Shown here: positions 29,041 through 36,945 of the stretch, in pieces
How the letters are laid out: each line of letters opens with the position of its first letter
Numbering within the stretch: position 1 is the stretch's first letter
DNA from: Thiorhodococcus fuscus
GTDB taxonomy: Bacteria > Pseudomonadota > Gammaproteobacteria > Chromatiales > Chromatiaceae
Assembly: GCF_042682685.1 (NCBI RefSeq)
Contig: NZ_JBHUHX010000009.1
Location: 55,805-119,804 of the forward strand
Direction: 5' to 3'
DNA: 64,000 nucleotides
The notes under the pieces: model-generated
The model's input: the letters and a program-made list of their open reading frames with translations, nothing else
Database searches by the model: none
Told to the model about the DNA's origin: nothing
Program-made: the position numbers and the translations under genes

Positions 29041-29190
29041 CGATGTCGTGTCCAGTGGGTACACCTTCTTGGACACTTCGGCCATGCCCATGGATCAGCG
29101 GGTTATCGTGTCCAACAAAGTTGATATTGCATTATCTTGACACTTGCAAAGATGAGCTTTAGGCTTTTTTGGACACTTCGAGACACGCCC
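29041..29190. promoter_or_regulatory. Candidate res-like site / resolvase operator
   Basis: Several TGTCCA/TGGACA half-site dyads (cgtgtccagtggg, ttggacacttcgg, cgtgtccaacaaa, ttgacacttgcaa, ttggacacttcga) and an AT-rich core directly upstream of the resolvase start. Confidence 0.4.
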
Positions 29191-29211
29191 ACATGAGAGG
29201 AGCGCACAGCC

Positions 29212-29769
29212 ATGTCAGGACAGCAGGTCGGATATATCCGGGTCTCTTCGGTCGATCAGAACAGCGACAGACAGTTGGTCGATGTCGAGCTGGACAAGAC
29301 CTTCACCGAGAAGGCATCGGGCAAGAACACCGCAGGTCGGCCAATCCTGGCTCAGTGCCTGGCATATGTGCGCGAAGGCGACACCATCCACGTCCACAGC
29401 ATCGACAGGCTGGCCCGGAACCTCGCCGAGCTGCAGTCCCTGGTGGACGATCTGGTGAGCTGTGGCGTGTCGGTCCAGTTCCACAAGGAGAACCTGACCT
29501 TCCAGGCTGGAGCGGGTGATCCGATGCAGCGGCTGATGCTGCAAATGATGGGAGCCTTCGCCGAGTTCGAGCGGTCGATGATCCGAGAGCGCCAGCGGGA
29601 AGGGATCGCGGAAGCGAAGCGCCAGGGCAAGCAGATCGGGAGAGCCAGGAAGCTGGACGATGATCAGATTGCAGCGGTCAGGGAACGCATCGCCAAGGGT
29701 GAGAACAAGAAGGCGATTGCTGCCGATCTGGGGATCTCAAGGCAGACGCTGTACAGCGCCTTGGGCTGA
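29212..29769 (+). CDS. Small serine recombinase (resolvase/invertase family) with C-terminal HTH
   Basis: 185 aa. GYIRVSSVDQNSDRQ catalytic serine region, DRLARN, C-terminal HTH ISRQTLYSAL. Confidence 0.9.
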   Translation: MSGQQVGYIRVSSVDQNSDRQLVDVELDKTFTEKASGKNTAGRPILAQCLAYVREGDTIHVHSIDRLARNLAELQSLVDDLVSCGVSVQFHKENLTFQAGAGDPMQRLMLQMMGAFAEFERSMIRERQREGIAEAKRQGKQIGRARKLDDDQIAAVRERIAKGENKKAIAADLGISRQTLYSALG

Positions 29770-30979
29770 ACACCCGAGAGACACTACGACCTAGATCAAT
29801 TATTTTGGGGTCTATTGTTAATGATGTGTTCAGCGTATGCACCACCTCGACCAGATCGCTCTGGTTCGCCATGACGGCGTCGATGTCCTTATAGGCGGCG
29901 GGGATCTCGTCGATGACCCCCTTGTCCTTGCGGCACTCGACGCCCTGGGTCTGGACCTCCAGATCCTTGCGGGTGAAGCGCCGGGTCGCCTCGCCACGAC
30001 TCATACGCCGACCCGCTCCGTGCGAACAGGAACAGAATGACATGGGGTTCCCCAGTCCGCGCACGATGTAGGACTTGGCGCCCATGCTCCCCGGGATGAT
30101 GCCCAGATCGCCCTCGCGCGCCCGGATGGCACCCTTGCGGGTCAGATAGACCTCCTTGCCGAAATGCTGCTCGCGCGTCACGTAGTTGTGGTGACAGTTG
30201 ATCGCCTCCGAGGTCGCCTCGAACGGCGGCAGCTGTCCGCGCAGCGCCTCGATGATGAGCCGCATCATCTGACGACGGTTCTCCATCGCATAGTCCTGGG
30301 CCCAGCCGACCGCCTCGACATAGTCGTCGAAGTGCTGGCTGCCCTCGGGCAGATAGGCCAGGTTGTGATCGGGAAGCTGGATCTTCCAGCGCTCCATCTC
30401 GCGCTTAGCCAGCTCGATGAAATGCATCCCGATCCGATTGCCGATCCCGCGCGATCCCGAGTGGAGCATGATCCAGACCTGCTGGGACTCGTCGAGACAG
30501 AGTTCGATGAAATGGTTTCCGCCACCCAGCGAGCCGAGCTGACTCTTCCAGCGCGCATTGACCTTGGGATGCTTGGCCAGGATCGGCTCGAGACCGGGCG
30601 CCACCCGGGCGAGCCCCTCCTCGCACCAGTGCTCCTGACCGTGTCCGTCCATCCCGACCGGCACCCTGGCCTCGATCGCCGAACGCACCCGGGCCAGCGA
30701 GTCCGGCAGCTGGTCCGCGCGCAGCGAGAGCCGCAGGGCGTTCATGCCGCAACCGATGTCGACGCCCACGGCTGCCGGGATGATGGCCCCGACTGTCGGG
30801 ATCACCGAGCCGATGGTCGCGCCCATCCCCCAGTGCACGTCCGGCATCGCCGCCACGTGCGAATGGATGAAGGGCAGATGGGAGACGTTTTCGAGCTGCT
30901 TCATGGCGTTCTCGGCCACGTCGTCCGTATAGATCTTGACCGGAACCCGGCCCTTGCTGATGACTCGCTTGATAGGCAT
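29678..30979 (-). CDS. rtcB: RNA-splicing ligase RtcB, native C-terminus replaced by the element junction
   Basis: Hallmark motifs GGGNHFIE, HSGSRG, CHHNY, SHGAGR. The native frame runs 30979 down to ~29834 (..DLVEVVHTL) and then reads 50 unrelated codons antisense to the resolvase gene instead of the canonical ..KQVLTVKG end. Confidence 0.85.
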   Translation of the reverse strand: MPIKRVISKGRVPVKIYTDDVAENAMKQLENVSHLPFIHSHVAAMPDVHWGMGATIGSVIPTVGAIIPAAVGVDIGCGMNALRLSLRADQLPDSLARVRSAIEARVPVGMDGHGQEHWCEEGLARVAPGLEPILAKHPKVNARWKSQLGSLGGGNHFIELCLDESQQVWIMLHSGSRGIGNRIGMHFIELAKREMERWKIQLPDHNLAYLPEGSQHFDDYVEAVGWAQDYAMENRRQMMRLIIEALRGQLPPFEATSEAINCHHNYVTREQHFGKEVYLTRKGAIRAREGDLGIIPGSMGAKSYIVRGLGNPMSFCSCSHGAGRRMSRGEATRRFTRKDLEVQTQGVECRKDKGVIDEIPAAYKDIDAVMANQSDLVEVVHTLNTSLTIDPKIIDLGRSVSRVFSPRRCTASALRSPDRQQSPSCSHPWRCVP

Positions 30980-31004
30980 GGTCTTCTCCGTCGATGAAGC
31001 TGGG

Positions 31005-31095
31005 TTCACCGAATCGAACCGCAAAAGCGCAAAGGGCGCGAAGCCGGAATATCAAAGCTCTTTGCGTTCTTCGCGCCTTTGCGGTTCAAACTGTC
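31005..31095. repeat. MITE/REP-like hairpin element, copy 1 (in the rtcB upstream region)
   Basis: Inverted arms gaaccgcaaaagcgcaaagggcgcgaag / cttcgcgcctttgcggttc. Related to the copy at 33661-33795. Confidence 0.5.
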
Positions 31096-31391
31096 TTATC
31101 CGTATTCCCGCGACCTCGCACTCGGTCCGATTCGACCGGATCGCGTCCGTGGAAGGCGTCGATGCCGTCCTCGATGGCCTGGCGATGGCCGGCGCGGATG
31201 CTGGAGGCGGATCGCACGTGCGGACCGCCCTTGCGCAACAGTGGCGATCGGGCCACCGGGTTTCTCCGTTTGTTCATCTCGATTCGTCCTTTCATGAAGG
31301 GCCGCCGTCCATGGCGGCATTCCGTTTCATCCTGACCAGCGCGACCTATCCCGCATTCGCTGGAAGCTGACCGCTGGAGGCTGGCCGCTCA

Positions 31392-32609
31392 TCACCCCTT
31401 GGGCGCCTCGATCCGGACCAGTCCCTGCAGCAGCGATTCCATGCCGCCGAAGACGGTCAGGCTGCCGACCCGCTCGGTGACGCGTTCGAGCGCCTCCAGT
31501 TCCTTGAGCCGCAGCAGCACCGGGTTCTGGTCCATCAGCTTGGCGGTGTTGAGCAGCGACCGGGTCGCGGCCGTCTCCTCGCGCCGACGGATGAGGTTGG
31601 CCTGAGCCGCCTTCTCCGCCTCCACCACCTGGTTGAGGATCTGCTTCATGTCGCCCGGCAGGATGACGTCCTTGATCCCCAATGATTCGATCGTGATCCC
31701 ATGCGGGTCGGCCCGCTCGCGAATGGCGACCAGCACCTCCTGTTCGGTCGTGCCCTTCCGCTCCAGGAGTTCATCCAGGGTCCGGTCTGAGATGGCCCGG
31801 CGCAGTCCGAACTGAAGCTCCCGGTACAGGAAGTCCTTGTGCTTGGGCAACCCGGCCCGAAGCCGGACCGGATCCATGACCCGATACTGGGCGCTCAGGT
31901 TGATCCGCAGACTTACCTTGTCGCGGGTCAGAATCTCCTGGCCCTGGACCTCGATCTCCTGCAGACGCAGATCCGTCAGCTCCACCTGAACATTGCGATC
32001 GAAGTTCCAGAAGGCGTGCACACCCGGCTCTAGGATCCCGACCAGCCGGCCATCGAGCAACAACAGACCCGTCTCATGGTCGGCGATCTCCTCCTCGATG
32101 ATGTCGTCCAGGAACTCGGCACCCGGCAGCTTGCTGCCGGCCGACCGTGCCTTGGCCCGATACTCGGCCGGGGCCCTGGTCCAGCCATCCCGATGACGCA
32201 TCCGGCGGATGCGATCCATCACCTCGGGCCCCACGGCGACACCCTCTGTCAGATCGATTCGCTCGACCCGCACCTCGACCGGCCCCTTCCAGTAGAAGCG
32301 ACGGCTCATGGGCGGAATCAGGCGGGTCAGCTGTCCGTCCAGATAGACGAGCCCGGCCTCATGCTCGCCGGTCTCGACCGTTTCGACCCACAGATTCCAG
32401 AGCGTTGAGGACTCCTTGCGGAACACCTCGGCATGCGGATGGGCCAGTTCCGGATCGGTCAGATCGAAGGTCTCGAACTCCAGCGATCCGACGATATCCA
32501 GCCAGCGATAGACGCCAGGTCCGAGCACCTGCTCCAGCACTCCATTCTTCAGTACCAGCACACGCTCGTGCTGGGCGACGACCTGTCGCTTGTATCCCAT
32601 GATGTTCAT
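31392..32609 (-). CDS. SPFH/band-7 (slipin-like) family protein
   Basis: 405 aa. The C-terminal half carries the SPFH signature (ITIESLGIKDVILPGDMKQILNQVVEAEKAAQANLIRRREETAA). Co-oriented immediately upstream of rtcB. Confidence 0.75.
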   Translation of the reverse strand: MNIMGYKRQVVAQHERVLVLKNGVLEQVLGPGVYRWLDIVGSLEFETFDLTDPELAHPHAEVFRKESSTLWNLWVETVETGEHEAGLVYLDGQLTRLIPPMSRRFYWKGPVEVRVERIDLTEGVAVGPEVMDRIRRMRHRDGWTRAPAEYRAKARSAGSKLPGAEFLDDIIEEEIADHETGLLLLDGRLVGILEPGVHAFWNFDRNVQVELTDLRLQEIEVQGQEILTRDKVSLRINLSAQYRVMDPVRLRAGLPKHKDFLYRELQFGLRRAISDRTLDELLERKGTTEQEVLVAIRERADPHGITIESLGIKDVILPGDMKQILNQVVEAEKAAQANLIRRREETAATRSLLNTAKLMDQNPVLLRLKELEALERVTERVGSLTVFGGMESLLQGLVRIEAPKG

Positions 32610-33137
32610 CTTCCCGCTCTCCTCTGTGCCGTCGCTGTCGGCGGCATGACCAGCCGTTTCGGCCTGCCCGCCGCCCCGATCAAGAATCCGGCATTGCTGT
32701 ATGTCCCGTTGTCGTTGGTCGGTTGGTGGAGCCGGAGTCGGGTCGCCAACGTTCGGCCCGATCCCGGCGTTCTATCGATTCGGTGTCCGGCTCGGACCGG
32801 ACATCGTTCGGAGCCGGCCGCTCGAAACCGCCGGCTGAAAGAAGGAAAGGCTCGCCCCGCGTCGCGCCGATGGGCCAGGACAGCTGCATGGCCGGAATCG
32901 TTCAGCTCGATCGATCCGCATCCCTGCGGCACCGCCCGCCATCCGGCGAGATCGCCCGAAACCGCACGATGTCTATCCATGCGTCGTATCCTGGCTCGAG
33001 ATCGCCACGACGCCCCCGATCCGGCCTCCCTGCCGGCCCGCCATTCGGCGCGCATATCCATCTGATCGGGCCGGGGCTCACCCTGTGGTCTTGATTGGAC
33101 AGGTCATCCAATCGAGTGCGACGGTCAGTCGCCAAAG

Positions 33138-33210
33138 AGACAGCGGCGGGATTCGAACCCGCGCCGGACTGGTTATCGGCCAGTTGCTCTACCCACTGAG
33201 CTACGTTGTC
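33138..33210 (-). tRNA. tRNA-like element, Ile(GAU)-like anticodon, noncanonical (C at position 33, A-C mismatch at 5:68). Possible pseudo-tRNA or tRNA-mimic ncRNA.
   Basis: Folds into a 73-nt cloverleaf: acceptor GACAACG/CGCUGUC, D-arm GCUC-AGUGGGUA-GAGC, anticodon arm ACUGG-CCGAUAA-CCAGU, T-arm GCGGG-UUCGAAU-CCCGC with GGTTCGAATCC. No CCA encoded. Confidence 0.5.
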
Positions 33211-33357
33211 GCCTCACGGCCGCCAGGCAATGGGTACGGACCGAGGGAACGCACTGGGCGCCCTGGCCCGCCACCGGGGCATACCGAACCCCAGGCGCTG
33301 ATCGCTCGACGATCGCCGCAAGATGGTGATGCCTGAAATCCTCGATCTTCAGGCATG

Positions 33358-33391
33358 AAAAAACCCCGACCAGTGCTCCCGGTCGGGGTTT
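33358..33391 (-). terminator. Rho-independent terminator (strong on the minus strand, weak on plus)
   Basis: Stem ccccgacc/ggtcgggg with a 9-nt loop. The minus-strand transcript is followed by UUUUUU, the plus-strand one only by UUU. Confidence 0.5.
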
Positions 33392-33660
33392 CGTATCCCA
33401 CCGGAAGGCCCTCCAATCGAGCCTTCCGAGATTGCAATCGCGAAATGACTCAGCGCAGAGACAGGGTACTCAGCGTCCGCCCCAGCAAGGAGCCGTGCTT
33501 CCCTCGTTGATCCATGTCGTCTCTGAATGTCATCTGAACTCTATTCCTCGCGATTCATTGATGCGTTGATTCGATGGGCGGTTAGTCTAGCCAGAAATTC
33601 AAGCAAGTCAACGAAAATATCAAGATTCTTGTAAAATCCATGTAAAGCGCCCATCAGACC

Positions 33661-33795
33661 GAAGCAATCGAACCGCAAAGGCGCAAAGATCACGAAGAAA
33701 AACAATCGGCTCTGCATATGTCGCGTTTCTCTCGATCCGAATGCATCGAACATATCGCATAGAGGTTCTTTGCGTCCTTTGCGTCTTTGCGGTTC
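33661..33795. repeat. MITE/REP-like hairpin element, copy 2 (upstream of the XRE regulator gene)
   Basis: gaaccgcaaaggcgcaaagatcacgaag ... ttctttgcgtcctttgcgtctttgcggttcc. Shares terminal sequences with the copy at 31005-31095. Confidence 0.5.
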
Positions 33796-33834
33796 CAAAT
33801 TCCCGTATCAGGAACAGGATCCAAACCACCCACC

Positions 33835-34425
33835 ATGCAATCAGCCAACATCCCTGGCCGTATCAAGCTCGCCCGCAAGATGGCGGGGTTTCGCACCCAG
33901 GCCAGTCTTCTCGCCCGGATATCTGGATGGAAATCCTCTCGTCTCGGCAACTACGAGGCCGGCATCTCCACGCCCAGCGCGGACGACATGCTGCTGATCG
34001 CCGAGGCGACCGGCGTATCGGCCTGCTGGCTGATGTTCGGACAGGGACCCATCCGGCCCAATGAGCGCGACCTGCAGGCGGTTCGTCATCAGAACCTGGC
34101 GCACGTACTGGATGGAATCGAAGGGGATCGGGAGCGTCTCGAGGAGACGGTGAAAGGGCTGCGGATCTCGCGCAAGCGGCTCAGGGAACATCTGGACAAT
34201 CCCTTCCTGCCGATCACGGACGAGTTGGCGCGACGTCTGGAACGTCTGCTCGGCACTCAGCCGGGCTGGGTCGACGAGCAGCATGTGGAGCGCGACCCGC
34301 TGTTCCTCTCGTTTCCCGAGGAGATGCGGGAACTGATGATGATCTATTCGGAGCTGCCGGCCGCCCAGCGGCCGGTGCTGATGGCGACGGTCCGAGCCTT
34401 GAGGGATTCGCTTCAGACCGTCTGA
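33835..34425 (+). CDS. XRE-family (Cro/C1-type HTH) transcriptional regulator with C-terminal domain
   Basis: N-terminal HTH IKLARKMAGFRTQASLLARISGWKSSRLGNYEAG. Start taken at the internal ATG 33835 (MQSANIPG). Confidence 0.6.
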   Translation: MQSANIPGRIKLARKMAGFRTQASLLARISGWKSSRLGNYEAGISTPSADDMLLIAEATGVSACWLMFGQGPIRPNERDLQAVRHQNLAHVLDGIEGDRERLEETVKGLRISRKRLREHLDNPFLPITDELARRLERLLGTQPGWVDEQHVERDPLFLSFPEEMRELMMIYSELPAAQRPVLMATVRALRDSLQTV

Positions 34426-34478
34426 GGGAATACCGATCGACGCACTGGCATGGATCGGCTCAGAAGAAGGCGCGTGCC

Positions 34479-35144
34479 TCAATCCAAATCCGGCGTATAC
34501 CCCGAGGCGACATAGATGGCGCGCTCCGCGACGTTGGTCGCACGATCCGCGACGCGCTCGTAGTTGTGCACGATCCACAGCAGATAGGTGCCGGTGGTTG
34601 CGAACGAGGCATCGGAGCGCATTCGGCTCAGCATCTGCTCGATGAAGGCGTCTTCCTCCCGGTCGACCTGCTCCTCCATGGAGACGGCCTCGCGAATGGC
34701 CGCCTCGTTCTCGTTGGAGGTAAAGGCGGACAAGGTGCCGGCCAGCATGCCGATCGCGTCGCTCGCGAGCTGGACAATGGCGGCCACGGGCTCGGGTGGA
34801 AGCGGGGTCTTTCCGTTTTTCAGGATGATGCGTGCCACGTCAGCCGCATAGTCGCCGATACGCTCCAGCTCCGAAACCAGCTCCATGCAGGCGCCGACGG
34901 CGCGGAGGTCTTCGCCGGCGGGCTTATAGGCGGCGAGCGTCACCAGACAGTCCTGCTCCAACATACGACGGTGCCGATTGATGGCGGCATCCTCGGCGAC
35001 GATGCGCTCGGCGAGTTCGAGGTCCTGGCGCTTGATGCAATCGACCGAGCGGTTCAGGGCCTCGATAACCAGAGCACCCAGCTCCCCTACCGCAGACTGC
35101 AAATGCTGGCGCCTCTTCTGCACAAGACTCAGGTTATCGGTCAT
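34479..35144 (-). CDS. PhoU-family protein (stand-alone, not in a pst operon)
   Basis: Two PhoU repeats (..ERIGDYAADVARII.. and ..YERVADRATNVAERAIYV..). Start possibly at the upstream ATG 35183. Confidence 0.7.
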   Translation of the reverse strand: MTDNLSLVQKRRQHLQSAVGELGALVIEALNRSVDCIKRQDLELAERIVAEDAAINRHRRMLEQDCLVTLAAYKPAGEDLRAVGACMELVSELERIGDYAADVARIILKNGKTPLPPEPVAAIVQLASDAIGMLAGTLSAFTSNENEAAIREAVSMEEQVDREEDAFIEQMLSRMRSDASFATTGTYLLWIVHNYERVADRATNVAERAIYVASGYTPDLD

Positions 35145-35459
35145 CGCTGCATCCTCGTCGATTATTCTGTCTGACTCGCTCAATAGGCCGCGCGGTGTTC
35201 GGCGCAGCGCGGGGGCGACATCTTAGTCTTCTAAGAACGCACGCGCATGAATAGTGTCTCCAGCGCCCCATGAGGCCAGCCGAAAACCGCGTTCCATCAT
35301 AGATAGTGTCTCGGTAGACCGCCGAACAGAGGAAGCAGTCGAAGGCCGTCGAAAGGTGCGTCCGGCACAGAAGCGCAACGTGGCGAACGAGGATGTCCAA
35401 CGAAAAACCGCCCCGAAGGGCGGTTCGCGAGAGAATGCAGCGTGACGGTCGCCTGGAAT

Positions 35460-35813
35460 CTAACGGAAACCCCAACGCAGCGCCGCGGCACCGTGCCCGA
35501 TGCTCTGGGCCGCTTGGCCGATCGAATTGAAGCCATTGGCCACATTGGAGGTGTTGGTGCCGAAGACCTCGGTGTTCTCGGTCCGATTCTTGACCCGAAC
35601 GCGGTTGTCCATATAGTCGGCACGGCTGTTGGTCAGGCGCGCGTTGGCGCGGGATTCTCGATCGATCGCACCTGCAGTCGCGTAGTTGACATCGGCCTGA
35701 CTGCGCAGGACTTCGTTACGGGCGCTGCGGTTGTAGACGTCGAAGCTGTCAGCAAAGACAGCCGTCGATGCCAGCAAGGCACTCACGGCGGCCAGGATCA
35801 TTCTTGCCTTCAT
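35460..35813 (-). CDS. Hypothetical secreted protein (signal peptide)
   Basis: 117 aa. N-terminal MKARMILAAVSALLASTAVFA signal-peptide-like segment. Confidence 0.4.
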   Translation of the reverse strand: MKARMILAAVSALLASTAVFADSFDVYNRSARNEVLRSQADVNYATAGAIDRESRANARLTNSRADYMDNRVRVKNRTENTEVFGTNTSNVANGFNSIGQAAQSIGHGAAALRWGFR

Positions 35814-35893
35814 CGCTCAGTCCTCAGGATGCGTGTAGTCACTAAAACATTCGCGGAACGCCAAACGGCTTCACGAATATCCTAGTCAGAGCA

Positions 35894-36175
35894 TCAGTCT
35901 TCATCAAGTTCCCCGCCCCGGTCACGGCGCTCCACCGTCTCGGGATCGGCGATGATGGGACGGTAGATCTCCACCCGGTTGCCGTCGACGAGCTTGGCAT
36001 CGAGCTTGGAGATCTTGCCGAAGATGCCGACCTTGTTGACTTCGAGATCGATCTCCGGGAACTGGTTCAGCAGCCCGGAGCGCTCGATGGCATCGCGGAT
36101 GGTGCTGCCCTCAGGCACATCCAGCTTCAGCCAGGTCTGCTTGAATTTGTCTGCGTAGGCGACGCCAACGAGCAT
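35894..36175 (-). CDS. rnfH: RnfH family protein
   Basis: 93 aa. VGVAYA..G.TIRDAIERSGL...FPEIDL..NKVGIFGK....D..L.DGNRVEIYRPIIADP is a ubiquitin-like RnfH signature. Last gene of the rnf cluster. Confidence 0.7.
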   Translation of the reverse strand: MLVGVAYADKFKQTWLKLDVPEGSTIRDAIERSGLLNQFPEIDLEVNKVGIFGKISKLDAKLVDGNRVEIYRPIIADPETVERRDRGGELDED

Positions 36176-36237
36176 CGGGGTCTACTCCGTATCGAATCGA
36201 AAATGTAGCCGGGGCACGTCGGCGGCGCCCCTGCCGA

Positions 36238-36945
36238 TCATGACGCCAGCGCCTGGGCGCCCCCGTCCTGACGTTTCCTGGCCTCGGCGACGCGGGTATC
36301 GATCAGACGCTTTCCGGCCAGCATGAAGCCCAAGGCGATGAAGCCGCCCGGCGGCAGGATCGCCAGCAGGAATCCGCGATAGTCCGGGATCAGCGTCACC
36401 TCCAGGAAGGACATGCCCTGTCCCAGCAGCAGCGAGGCGTTTGCAAACAGGGTGCCGCTGCCGATGATCTCGCGGACCCCGCCGAGCGCCACCAGAGCGA
36501 AGGTGAAACCCAACCCCATCATGAGACCGTCGAAGGCCGATGCCCCGAGCGGATTGCGCGAGGCGAAGGACTCGGCACGTCCCAGGATGGCGCAGTTGGT
36601 GACGATCAGGGGAATGAAGAGCCCAAGGATCTTGTGCAGGTCGTGCAGCCAAGCGTTCATCGCCAGATCGACCAGGGTCACCAGCACCGCGATGACCAGG
36701 ACGAAGATGGGGATGCGCACCTCGGGGGTCACCAGATTGCGGATCAGCGCGATCAGCAGGCCGGAGGCCACCATGACTGCGGTGGTCGCCAGCCCCATCC
36801 CGAGCCCGTTGGTCGCGGTCCCCGTGACCGCCAGCAGCGGACAAAGCGCCAGCAACTGGGCGAAGACGACGTTATTGCCCCAGATGCCATCCGAAGCGAT
36901 CTTGCCCCAGTTGGCCTTGGGCGTGGTCTCTGTGTCGTTGCTCAT
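36238..36945 (-). CDS. rnfE: Rnf electron transport complex subunit E
   Basis: Start at MSNDTE (36945). Polytopic membrane protein homologous to RnfA/NqrD-type subunits ([21 protein letters not shown]). Confidence 0.85.
   Translation of the reverse strand: MSNDTETTPKANWGKIASDGIWGNNVVFAQLLALCPLLAVTGTATNGLGMGLATTAVMVASGLLIALIRNLVTPEVRIPIFVLVIAVLVTLVDLAMNAWLHDLHKILGLFIPLIVTNCAILGRAESFASRNPLGASAFDGLMMGLGFTFALVALGGVREIIGSGTLFANASLLLGQGMSFLEVTLIPDYRGFLLAILPPGGFIALGFMLAGKRLIDTRVAEARKRQDGGAQALAS

Larger units (their letters stand above)
13232..29833. mobile_element. ~16.6 kb integrative, prophage/satellite-like element inserted in the 3' end of rtcB (boundaries +/-10 bp)
   Basis: Flanked by the two halves of the rtcB reading frame. 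Carries a large serine recombinase at the left end and a resolvase at the right end, phage antirepressor genes, an R-M system and a RepA-like ATPase. GC is visibly lower than the flanks. Confidence 0.6.

Noticed and set aside
30980-31100. Possible sigma54 promoter upstream of rtcB (ccGG-N13-tttGC)
   Set aside because: The GG/GC spacing is 13, not 10, so it does not fit a -24/-12 promoter. The region is better explained as a hairpin repeat element.
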